A DNA stretch of 64,000 nt, from positions 1,856,001-1,920,000 of the forward strand of contig OY970303.1 of the NCBI GenBank assembly GCA_963716255.1, in the 5' to 3' direction. This document shows, piece by piece, positions 9,513-18,374 of the stretch. Numbering within the stretch: the first letter of the stretch is position 1; each line of letters opens with the position of its first letter. Source of the DNA: an uncultured Gemmatimonadales bacterium (GTDB taxonomy: Bacteria > Gemmatimonadota > Gemmatimonadetes > Longimicrobiales > Longimicrobiaceae). Made by a program: the position numbers and the translations under genes. Below the pieces are notes generated by a model that made no database searches, was not told where the DNA came from, and saw only the letters and a program-made list of their open reading frames with translations.

Positions 9513-12046
9513 TGAGCCGCAACTCCGCGTCGGACGAGACCCTGGTGTTCGGGGAGGAGCCCCGGCGGCGCGACCCCGAGCGGCGCCCGCGCCGCCGGAT
9601 GCTGCGCCGGATCCTCCTGGCGCTGGGAACGCTCGCCGTCGCGGCGTTCGCCTGGCTCTGGTTCGCCCCCTGCGGCTTCGGGGGGTGCGCCCCCGTGTCC
9701 GAGCTGGAAGGCTTCAAGGCCGAGGGCTCCGAGCTGCTGGACATGAACGGCGACGCCTTCGGCACCCTCGCCGCGGCGAACCGCCGGGTGGTGCCGCTGG
9801 ACTCCCTCCCCGAGTACCTCCCCAGGGCCTTCCTGGCCGTGGAGGACCGCCGCTTCTACCAGCACGGCGGGGTGGACTGGAAGCGCTTCGGCGGGGCCAT
9901 GCTGAGCAACGTCAAGGCCGGCGGCGTGGCCGAGGGCGGGAGCACCATCACCATGCAGCTCGCCCGCAACCTCTTCCCCGACCACCTCCCCTACCAGGAG
10001 CGCTCCATCCGCCGCAAGCTGATGGAGATCCGCGTCGCCCGGCAGATCGAGCGGGCCTTCTCCAAGGACAAGATCCTGGAGCTGTACCTCAACCACATCT
10101 ACCTGGGCGAGGGCGCCTACGGGATCGACGCCGCCGCGCGCGAGTACTTCGGCAAGCCGGCCTCGCAGCTGACGCTGGCCGAGGCCGCGACGCTGGGCGG
10201 GCTCCCCAAGGCCCCCTCGCAGATCAACCCGCGCGAGAACCGCGAGCGCTCCCGCGAGCGGCGCGACCTGGTGCTGGGCGAGATGGCAAAGGCCGGCTAC
10301 GTCCCCGCCGCGGAGGCGGAGGAAGCGCGGGGCACCCCCATCCGCCTGGCCAGGAGCACCGCGGGCGGGCGGGCCCAGCGCGGCGCCTGGTTCATCGCCC
10401 GGGTGCGCCACGAGCTGGAGGAGGTCGCCGGCGACCGCGCCCTCGCCGCGGGCCTCAAGGTGTTCACTACCTACGACCCGCGCGCCCAGGCCGCCGCCGA
10501 GCAGGAGATCGCCCGGCAGCTGGACGCCGTGGAGGCCGGGCAGTTCGGCGCGTACCGCCACGCCACCTACCCCGAGACCAAGGGCGAGACGGAGGCCGGC
10601 ACCACGCCGTACCTGCAGGGCGCCGTGATCCTGATGGACGCCACGAGCGGCGAGGTGCGCGCGCTGGTGGGCGGCCGCGACTACGACGATTCCAAGTTCG
10701 ACCGGGTGTTCCAGGCGGTGCGCCAGCCCGGCTCGCTCTTCAAGCCGTTCGTGTACCTCACCGCCCTGGAGAAGGGGATGGCGCCCACCCACGTGGTGGA
10801 GGACGCCCCGGTGCGCATGGTGCTCACCGGCGGGCGGGTGTGGGAGCCCAAGAACTACACCGGCCGCTTCGACGGGCCGCTGACCATCCGCGAAGCGCTC
10901 ACCCGCTCCAAGAACACGGTCACCGTGCGCCTGGCCGAGGAGGTGGGGATGAGCGACGTGATCGCCAACGCGCACGCGCTGGGAATCAGCAGCGACATCT
11001 CCCCCCTCCCCTCCACCGCGCTGGGCGCCTCCGAAGTCCGCCCCGTGGACCTGGCGGAGGCGTACGCCGCCTTCGCCAACCTGGGGACGCGCGTGCGCCC
11101 GCACTTCGTCCGCCGCGTGGAGACCCAGGACGGCGACGTGCTGTGGGAGGCGGAGCCGGAGGGCGAGGAGGTCATCGACGCCGGGACCGCCTTCGTGCTC
11201 ACCACCATGCTCCAGGACGTGGTGAGCCGCGGGACCGGGACCCCCGCGCGCGCCGGCGGCTACCGGGGCCCCGCCGCCGGGAAGACCGGCACCACCAACG
11301 GCGCCACCGACATCTGGTTCGCCGGCTACACGCCGGACCTGGTGGGGATCGTGTGGATGGGGCTGGACCGGCCGCGCACCATCGTGCGCGGCGCCTCCGG
11401 CGGCACCATCGCCGCCCCCGTTTGGGGGCGGATCATGGCGCGCGTCTACGCCGGCCGCCCCACGCCGCGTCCCTGGCCGCAGCCCGGCGGCGTGGTCACC
11501 GCCCAGGTGGACCGCGTCAGCGGCGTGGCGGTGGACGGGAGCTGCCCGGCGCGCGGGCCCACGTACACCGAGTACTTCGTGAACTCGGTCCCGGCGCGGG
11601 AAACGTGCTACCCCGGCGCCCCCTACCCCACCTACGCCGGGCTGGACACCGCCTGGGTGGACGAGGAGTGGAACATGGGAACCGGCGGCTGGGCCGAGGA
11701 GGGAGACACCGCGCTCGGCGAGGACGAGGTCGCCCCCGGGATCGTGTGGCCGGAGCTGGAGGAGCAGCGGCGGGCCGGCGAGGAGCGCGTCGCCGTGGGC
11801 GAGCCGCTCCCGCCGCCGCCGGGCGCCGCCCCGCGGACGCCCGCGCCGCCCTCCACCCGCGCGCCGCGCCCCGTCGGGCGCGAGACCGCACCCCCGCCCG
11901 AGACCGGCGCACCGCGCCCCGCTCCCGCGCCGGAAGAGCCGGCGCCGCCCCGCGAGATCCTGCCCGTTCCCACCTCCCCCCCGGAGGCGGAGCCGGAGCC
12001 CGCGCCGCCGCCCGCGACGCCCCCCGACACCACCCGCAAGCCCTGA
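9512..12046 (+). CDS. Class A penicillin-binding protein (PBP1A family), copy 2, with Pro-rich tail
   Basis: EDRRFYQHGG, GGSTITMQLARN, SLFK, SKN, KTG; ATG overlaps the upstream stop (TGATG). Confidence 0.92.
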   Translation: MSRNSASDETLVFGEEPRRRDPERRPRRRMLRRILLALGTLAVAAFAWLWFAPCGFGGCAPVSELEGFKAEGSELLDMNGDAFGTLAAANRRVVPLDSLPEYLPRAFLAVEDRRFYQHGGVDWKRFGGAMLSNVKAGGVAEGGSTITMQLARNLFPDHLPYQERSIRRKLMEIRVARQIERAFSKDKILELYLNHIYLGEGAYGIDAAAREYFGKPASQLTLAEAATLGGLPKAPSQINPRENRERSRERRDLVLGEMAKAGYVPAAEAEEARGTPIRLARSTAGGRAQRGAWFIARVRHELEEVAGDRALAAGLKVFTTYDPRAQAAAEQEIARQLDAVEAGQFGAYRHATYPETKGETEAGTTPYLQGAVILMDATSGEVRALVGGRDYDDSKFDRVFQAVRQPGSLFKPFVYLTALEKGMAPTHVVEDAPVRMVLTGGRVWEPKNYTGRFDGPLTIREALTRSKNTVTVRLAEEVGMSDVIANAHALGISSDISPLPSTALGASEVRPVDLAEAYAAFANLGTRVRPHFVRRVETQDGDVLWEAEPEGEEVIDAGTAFVLTTMLQDVVSRGTGTPARAGGYRGPAAGKTGTTNGATDIWFAGYTPDLVGIVWMGLDRPRTIVRGASGGTIAAPVWGRIMARVYAGRPTPRPWPQPGGVVTAQVDRVSGVAVDGSCPARGPTYTEYFVNSVPARETCYPGAPYPTYAGLDTAWVDEEWNMGTGGWAEEGDTALGEDEVAPGIVWPELEEQRRAGEERVAVGEPLPPPPGAAPRTPAPPSTRAPRPVGRETAPPPETGAPRPAPAPEEPAPPREILPVPTSPPEAEPEPAPPPATPPDTTRKP

Positions 12047-12188
12047 CCTCGCCGCCGCCCGCTCCCCCGGGGCGGCGGAACACTTTCTCCCGGCCGGGGT
12101 TGCATTTCCCGTCGCGCGGGGAGCGCAGCTCGCGCCCCGGCATCCGCGCCCGCCGGACCCAATCGAGACATCCAACGAAGGAACGACC

Positions 12189-12806
12189 TTGCTGAATCGC
12201 ACCCTCCGGGCGGCCGCCGTCGCCCTCGCGGTCGCCACCCTGCCGGCGGCCCTCGCCGCCCAGCAGCGTCCGCCCTCGGCCCAGCGGGCCGCCGCGCCCC
12301 GCGCCGCCACCCCCACGCTGACCGCCGCCCAGCGCGAGGCCCAGGGGTGGTACCGCGAGCTCATGCAGATCGGCCAGCGCCTTCAGGCGGCGCAGCTGCG
12401 GGCCATGCAGGACCCGCAGCTCAAGACGGCGCAGGAGCAGCTCGGCAGGGACCTCAAGGCCGCCATCGTGCGGGCGGACCCCACCCTCGCCAACGTGGAC
12501 GCCCGCGCCCGCGCCATGGAGGCCGAGGCGCGCCAGGCCCAGCAGGCCGGCGACCAGGCGAAGATGGCGCGCCTCTCCCAGGAGGCCCAGCAGATCCAGG
12601 TGAAGGTGATGAACGCGCAGCAGCGGGCCCTCCGCGACAACCCCGCTCTGGCGACGCGCGCCCGCGGCTTCGAGGAGCAGCTTCGCCGCAAGATGGTGCA
12701 GTTGGAGCCGCAGACCATGGCGCTGGTGGCGCGCGGCCAGGAGCTCCAGGGAAAGCTCTCGCAGGTGGCGCGGGCGCAGCAGAGCGCGGCGCGCCCCAGG
12801 CAGTAG
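12189..12806 (+). CDS. Secreted Gln/Ala-rich helical hypothetical protein
   Basis: TTG start after GAAGGA; signal peptide (AALAA-QQ); coiled-coil composition. Confidence 0.75.
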   Translation: MLNRTLRAAAVALAVATLPAALAAQQRPPSAQRAAAPRAATPTLTAAQREAQGWYRELMQIGQRLQAAQLRAMQDPQLKTAQEQLGRDLKAAIVRADPTLANVDARARAMEAEARQAQQAGDQAKMARLSQEAQQIQVKVMNAQQRALRDNPALATRARGFEEQLRRKMVQLEPQTMALVARGQELQGKLSQVARAQQSAARPRQ

Positions 12807-12882
12807 CCGCCCCGCCCGGCAGGCGCGAAGAGGGGGTCCACCCGCGGGTGGACGCCCCTCCGCCGTTCCGGCCCCCGCGCGG

Positions 12883-14253
12883 CTACCGCATCTCCCGCAG
12901 GATCTCCTCCACCGTCCCCAGCGCCGCGTCCGCCTGCGCCTCCGTGATCACGAACGGCGGCGACAGCGACAGCACGCTGCCGTGGATCCCGCCGCCCAGC
13001 AGGATCACCCCGCGCCGCAGCCCCTCCACCATCAGCCTCCCCGCCAGCTCCGGCGCGGGCTCCCGGCTTCCGCGGTCGCGCACCATCTCCACCCCGATCA
13101 TCATTCCCCGCCCGCGCACCTCCCCCACCCGCGGGTGGTCCGCCACCGCCTCCGCCAGGCGCGCCATCATCCGCGCGCCCAGCTCCGCCGAGCGCTCCAC
13201 CAGCCGCTCCTCGCGCAGCGCCGACATGGCCGCGAGCGCCGCCGCGCACCCCACCGGGTGGCCCAGGAAGGTGGACGTGTGGATCGCCTCCCCCGTGGAG
13301 CGCGGCCAGCGCTCCATCACCGCGTCCGTGCCGATGCACGCCGCGAACGGGAAGCCCCCCGTCAGCCCCTTCCCCACCACCATCACGTCCGGCACCACCC
13401 CCCAGTGCTCGCACGCGAACCAGCGCCCCGTGCGCCCGAAGCCGGTGTACACCTCGTCCAGCACCAGCAGCAGCCCGCGCTCGTCGCAGATGCGGCGCAG
13501 GCCGGGGAGGAAGCCGTCCGGCGGCACCACGTCGCCGCCGCGCGCCTGGATGGGCTCCACCAGGATCGCCCCGATCCCCTCCGAGGCCGAGCCCGGGGTG
13601 TCCAGCGTATGCTCCACCAGGCGCAGCGTTGCGGCGCACACCTCCTCCGGGTCGCGCCCGAAGGGCGAGCGGTAGGGATACGGAAAGGGGACGAACACCG
13701 CGCCGGGCCCCAGCTGCGCGGAAAACGGCGCGCGGAAGTCCTCCCGCCCCGAGACCGAGAGCGCGCGGTAGGTGAGCCCGTGGTAGCTGCCGTGAAAGGC
13801 GAGCACCCGCGGCTTCCCGGTGGCCATCACCGCCGTCTTGAGCGCCGCCTCCACCGCCTCCGCGCCCGAGCTGGCGAGCACGCTGCGCGTCAGACCGCCC
13901 GGCGCCGCCTCCGCCAGGGCGCGCAGCAGCTCCACCTTCACGGCCGGCGGATGCACGTCGCCCATCCCGTGGAGCAGGCGCGCCGACTGCCGCCGGATCG
14001 CGTCCACCACCCGCGGGTGCGCGTGCCCGATCCCCGCCACGGCGAACGCGGCGGTGAGGTCCACGTACAGGTTGCCGTCGACGTCGCGCACGTTGGCCCC
14101 GCGGGCCTCCTCCCAGAACACCGGGAAGTCGTCCGCAAGGTAGGTGACGTTGGGCGATTCCCAGCGCGCCAGCTCGGCCGCGAGCGCGCGGGAGCGCGGC
14201 CCCGGCGGGGGTGTCGTTACGTGGGGAAGAAGGGTGCCGAAGGCTTCGCTCAT
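12883..14253 (-). CDS. Class III PLP-dependent aminotransferase (GABA/ornithine aminotransferase-like)
   Basis: SGAEAVEAALK, FHGSYHG, EPIQ, LLLVLDEVYTGFGRTG, VVGKGL, STFLGHP. Confidence 0.92.
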   Translation of the reverse strand: MSEAFGTLLPHVTTPPPGPRSRALAAELARWESPNVTYLADDFPVFWEEARGANVRDVDGNLYVDLTAAFAVAGIGHAHPRVVDAIRRQSARLLHGMGDVHPPAVKVELLRALAEAAPGGLTRSVLASSGAEAVEAALKTAVMATGKPRVLAFHGSYHGLTYRALSVSGREDFRAPFSAQLGPGAVFVPFPYPYRSPFGRDPEEVCAATLRLVEHTLDTPGSASEGIGAILVEPIQARGGDVVPPDGFLPGLRRICDERGLLLVLDEVYTGFGRTGRWFACEHWGVVPDVMVVGKGLTGGFPFAACIGTDAVMERWPRSTGEAIHTSTFLGHPVGCAAALAAMSALREERLVERSAELGARMMARLAEAVADHPRVGEVRGRGMMIGVEMVRDRGSREPAPELAGRLMVEGLRRGVILLGGGIHGSVLSLSPPFVITEAQADAALGTVEEILREMR

Positions 14254-14289
14254 CGTCGGATCGAGACAGGTTGTTGAAAAGCCAGGGTC

Positions 14290-14418
14290 GGGCGTGCCCC
14301 CGGCTGGCGCCGGGGTCGGGCTTCGGCTCCGTAGAGCAGCAAACAACGCTGCTCAACGGAGTCGAGCCCCGGCAAACCGCCGCCGGGTCTCGCCCCTTCG
14401 GGCCGTAATCCCTCACGC
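14290..14418 (+). repeat. Structured repeat family A, copy 2
   Basis: Same consensus as copy 1; inner stem GAGCAGC/GCTGCTC. Confidence 0.95.
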
Positions 14419-14452
14419 AACTGCCTGCCCGTACTCCGGATCCAGCAGTTGC

Positions 14453-14542
14453 CCCCTCTCCCAGGATGGCGCTTCACGCTTCGCGTGAACCGGCATCCTG
14501 GGAGAGGGTGGCGAGCCTCAAGCGAGCCGGGTGAGGGCCGCC
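14453..14542 (+). repeat. Module B2 with module D inserted in its loop
   Basis: CCCTCTCCCAGGA-[TGGCGCTTCACGCTTCGCGTGAACCGG]-CATCCTGGGAGAGGG-TGGCGAGCCTCAAGCGAGCCGGGTGAGGG. Confidence 0.85.
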
Positions 14543-14829
14543 GGCGAATCATGGCGGCCCGTGTGCCGCGGGGCAACCGCGGCGGGCGAGGCGCTCGCGC
14601 TCCACCGGATCCCCATCGCGCCGAGCTCCGCCGTCCACCACCGTGCCTAACTCCGGCCTGCACAGGCGGGTGCGGGGTGAACGCATGTCCGCCGAGCGCG
14701 CGACGCCCGGTGCGACGCCTCCGCCGCATGAGACGAAGCTCTTGACAACCCTCAACTTACGCTGCTTCGTGCCGGAAGGTGTACGACACCCCCCGCGGTT
14801 CCCCCCCTCCCTTCCCCAGGAGACGTGTC

Positions 14830-16101
14830 ATGAGAATGCGAATCGCTCTTCTTGCTGCGTCCATCGGCCTGGCTGCCTGCCAGAGCGACGAGGTCACCCC
14901 CCCAGCCGCCCCGTCCATGAGCGCCGCCGCAGCCCAGGAGAACTTCCTCACGGTCGTTCCCGAGCAGGCGCTGAACAATGCGCAGAGCAGCCTGCTCTCA
15001 ACCATCAAGGGCCGCTCCAGCACGGCCGAGGTGCACCTGGCGCGCATCGCCGGAGCCCCCGGCCGCATGCTCCGGCAGGGCAGCGTGGTCCGCATCGGGG
15101 TGGCTCCGGGAGTGCAATTGGTCGCCGTAGGGGAGAAGGTCTCGCAGCGCTCGGCCGACGACTTCTCGTGGGCGGGCCTCGTCCGGGGCGGCGAGGGCTG
15201 GGTGCAGATGGTGATGATGGACGGCGGCGTCACGGCCACGGTCCGCCTGGGAACCGGTGCCGTGTACAGCATCGAGCCGCTGGGCAACGGCCTGCACGCC
15301 GTGTCCCGCATCGACCAGCGCGGCTACCCTTCCGAGCACACCCCTGACAACCCCAGCGGCGCGCTGAGCGACGCGCTCGATGCCGCCGCCCGGGCGGAGA
15401 CCGGCGGCGAAGGCGGCAGCATCGGCACCCAGGCCCTTTCCACGGTCAACGTGCTGGCGGTGTACACGGCCGCGGCGGCCGCCGCCACCGCCAACATAGG
15501 CAGCCTGATCCAGCTCGCCGTGGACGAGACCAACCAGTCCTACGTGAACAGCGGCATCAGCATCGACATGGTGCGGGTGCACACCGCCCAGGTCACCTAC
15601 AAGGAGAAGGGCACCTTCTCCCAGCACATCACCCGCTTGCAGGGCACCAGCGATGGCTACATGGACAACGTCCACGCGCTGCGCAACACCTACGCGGCCG
15701 ACGTCGTGGTGCTGGTGGTGAACGACAGCGAGGCCTGCGGCATCGCCGCCGCGATCAACGCGACCGCTGCCACCGCCTTCGCCGTCGCCCACTACAGCTG
15801 CATCACGGGCTACTACTCCTTCGCCCACGAGGTCGGGCACCTGCAGGGCGCCCGCCACGACCGCTTCGTGGACGGCAGCACCTCCCCGTTCTCCTACGGC
15901 CACGGCTTCATCCCGTCGACCAAGAACTGGCGCACCGTGATGGCCTACGGCAACAACTGCAGCAACTGCACGCGCATCCAGTGGTGGTCCAACCCGCTCG
16001 TGACCTACCCGGCCACCGGCCAGGCGATGGGGACCGTCACCTACGAGGACAACGCGCGGGTGCTCAACCTCACCGCCCCCACGGTCGCCCTCTTCCGGTA
16101 G
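14830..16101 (+). CDS. M12/reprolysin-like zinc metallopeptidase lipoprotein, copy 1
   Basis: Lipobox LAAC; zinc motif HEVGHLQGARHD; Met-turn RTVMAY. Confidence 0.9.
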   Translation: MRMRIALLAASIGLAACQSDEVTPPAAPSMSAAAAQENFLTVVPEQALNNAQSSLLSTIKGRSSTAEVHLARIAGAPGRMLRQGSVVRIGVAPGVQLVAVGEKVSQRSADDFSWAGLVRGGEGWVQMVMMDGGVTATVRLGTGAVYSIEPLGNGLHAVSRIDQRGYPSEHTPDNPSGALSDALDAAARAETGGEGGSIGTQALSTVNVLAVYTAAAAAATANIGSLIQLAVDETNQSYVNSGISIDMVRVHTAQVTYKEKGTFSQHITRLQGTSDGYMDNVHALRNTYAADVVVLVVNDSEACGIAAAINATAATAFAVAHYSCITGYYSFAHEVGHLQGARHDRFVDGSTSPFSYGHGFIPSTKNWRTVMAYGNNCSNCTRIQWWSNPLVTYPATGQAMGTVTYEDNARVLNLTAPTVALFR

Positions 16102-16315
16102 CATTCTCGTTGAAAAGGGGGGGCGGGGCCGGAATGCCGGCCACGCCCCCGCGGTCAAGCATAGACGAGCTCGCCGGAAGGGCATTGCCCGACGGCCTGT
16201 AGGGAAATCTCCCGCACCCCTGTAACGAAATCCTTGACAAGTGCGGATCCGGCGTGCATCCTGTCGGAACATATATCCCACCTGCTGGTCACCATTCTCC
16301 CCCACAGGACGCGTC

Positions 16316-17605
16316 ATGAAAGCTCAGATTGCGCTCGTGCTGGCAGCATCCCTCGGTCTGGCGGCCTGCCAGAGCGACGAGGTAACCCCTCCCGCCTCCC
16401 CGTCCATGAGCGCCGCCGCGGCCCAGGAGAAGTTCCTCACGGTCGTGCCCGAGCAGGCGCTCGACAACGCGAAGAGCAACCTCCTCGCGAAGATCAAGGG
16501 CCGCTCCACCACCGCCGAGGTGCACCTCGCGCGCATCGCCGCCGGGACCCATGGCAAGTCGCTCGAGCAGGGGGGCGTCCTCCACATCGGCCTGGCACCC
16601 GGGGTTCAGGTCACCGTAGTGGGCGAGAAGGCAACGCGACGCTCCGACGAGGACGTCTCCTGGTCCGGCCCGATCCGCGGCGGCCAGGGGTGGGTGCAGA
16701 TGGTGTACGCGGACGGCGGCGTCACCGCCACCGTCCGCCTGGGGGAAAGCACCGTGTACAGCATCGAGCCGCTGGGTGACGGGCTGCACGCCATCACCAA
16801 GATCGACCAGCACGGCTACCCGTCCGAGCACACCGCCGACAACCCGTCCGGCGCGCTGGCCGCGGTGATCGAGGACGCCGCCACCCGGGGCAACAAGCCC
16901 GGCACCGGAACCGGCGGCACCGAGGGCACCGTCGGCACGCAGGCGCTCAGCACCCAGAACGTGCTGGTGGTGTACACCGCCTCCGCCGCCGCCGCCACCG
17001 CCAACATCAGCAGCCTGATCCAGCTCGCCGTGGACGAGACCAACCAGTCCTACGTGAACAGCGGGATCAACATCAACATGGTGCGGGTGAACACCGCCGC
17101 GGTCACGTACAGCGAGACGGGCACCTTCTCGCAGCACATCAGCCGCCTGCAGGGCACCTCCGACGGGTACATGGACAACATCCACACCCTGCGGAACACC
17201 TACGGCGCCGACATCGTGCTGCTGGTCGTGAACGACAGCGAGGCCTGCGGCATCGCGGCGGCCATCAAGGCGACCGCCACCTCGGCCTTCGCCGTCGCGC
17301 ACTACAGCTGCATCACGGGCTACTACTCGTTCGGCCACGAGATCGGCCACCTGCAGGGCGCCCGCCACGACCGCTACGTGGACAGCAGCACCTCCCCGTA
17401 CGCGTACGGCCACGGCTACATCCCGGCGAGCAAGACCTGGCGCACCGTGATGGCCTACGGCAACAACTGCGCGAACTGCACGCGCATCCAGTGGTGGTCC
17501 AACCCGCTCAAGACCTACGGCGGCGTGGCGATGGGCACCGCCGCCTACGAGGACAACGCGCGGGTGCTCAACCTCACCGCATCCACCGTCGCGGCCTTCC
17601 GGTAA
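16316..17605 (+). CDS. M12/reprolysin-like zinc metallopeptidase lipoprotein, copy 2
   Basis: Lipobox LAAC; HEIGHLQGARHD; RTVMAY; close paralogue of 14830-16101. Confidence 0.9.
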   Translation: MKAQIALVLAASLGLAACQSDEVTPPASPSMSAAAAQEKFLTVVPEQALDNAKSNLLAKIKGRSTTAEVHLARIAAGTHGKSLEQGGVLHIGLAPGVQVTVVGEKATRRSDEDVSWSGPIRGGQGWVQMVYADGGVTATVRLGESTVYSIEPLGDGLHAITKIDQHGYPSEHTADNPSGALAAVIEDAATRGNKPGTGTGGTEGTVGTQALSTQNVLVVYTASAAAATANISSLIQLAVDETNQSYVNSGININMVRVNTAAVTYSETGTFSQHISRLQGTSDGYMDNIHTLRNTYGADIVLLVVNDSEACGIAAAIKATATSAFAVAHYSCITGYYSFGHEIGHLQGARHDRYVDSSTSPYAYGHGYIPASKTWRTVMAYGNNCANCTRIQWWSNPLKTYGGVAMGTAAYEDNARVLNLTASTVAAFR

Positions 17606-17694
17606 GCTTCTCGCCGGACGACGCTCGAAGCACGGGGGCGGGGCCATCTGGCCCCGCCCCCGTGATCTTTTTGAACCGGCTGAACGGAGGGTTC

Positions 17695-17826
17695 GGGCGT
17701 GCCCCCGGCTTCGCCGGGGTCGGGCTTCGGCTCCGTAAGCGAGCAAACAACGCTCGCTAATGGAGTCGAGCCCCGGCGGAAACGGCCCCGCCGGGTCTCG
17801 CCCCTCCGGGCCGAAATCCCTCACGC
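17695..17826 (+). repeat. Structured repeat family A, copy 3
   Basis: Same consensus; first loop TTC; ATGGAG variant gives a G-U pair. Confidence 0.95.
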
Positions 17827-17879
17827 AGTCTCCGACGCGGCGGCAAGATCCGGCACGCCCCCGCCCCCCGGATTCCGGG

Positions 17880-18374
17880 TCAGCCCTCCGCCGCCGGCAC
17901 GACCCACTTGGTCAGCAGGTCGCGGTCGTGGTCCCGGAAGCCGAGCCCCCGGTAGAGCGCCTGCACCCGCGGGTTCTGCCGGTCGGCCTCCAGCCGCAGC
18001 GCGCGCATCCCCCGGGCGCGGCACGCTTCCTCCGCCCGCGCCACCGCCTCCCGCCCGATCCCGCCCCCGCGGTGCTCCGCGCGGACGTACAGCTCGTCCA
18101 GCAGCAGGTAGCGCCCGCCGAACTCCAGGCTGAAGCCCGCCGCGAGCACGAAGTACCCCGCCGGCGCGCCGCCCCGGCGCACCAGCCACGCCTCCCCCAG
18201 CGACGCGTCGCCGAGCATCACGCCCAGGGCGCCGCGGGCGGCCTCCTCGTCCCACGCCAGCTGCTCGTGGGCGTAGAACTCCCTCATCATCTCCACCAGC
18301 AGCTCCGCGTCGCGCGGCCCCGCTCGCGCGAAGTCCGCCCCGCCGGCCCCCGGCTCCTTCGCCGCCCCCGTCAC
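17880..18374 (-). CDS. GNAT-family N-acetyltransferase
   Basis: LDELYVRAEHRGGGIG and NPRVQALYRGLGF; GTGA overlap with the upstream ABC gene stop. Confidence 0.88.
   Translation of the reverse strand: MTGAAKEPGAGGADFARAGPRDAELLVEMMREFYAHEQLAWDEEAARGALGVMLGDASLGEAWLVRRGGAPAGYFVLAAGFSLEFGGRYLLLDELYVRAEHRGGGIGREAVARAEEACRARGMRALRLEADRQNPRVQALYRGLGFRDHDRDLLTKWVVPAAEG

Noticed and set aside
9335..12364. Long antisense ORFs (for example 9335-12364, 21758-24448, 28049-31315)
   Set aside because: Shadow frames of well-supported genes, with low-complexity Arg/Gly/Ala/Pro composition and no motifs
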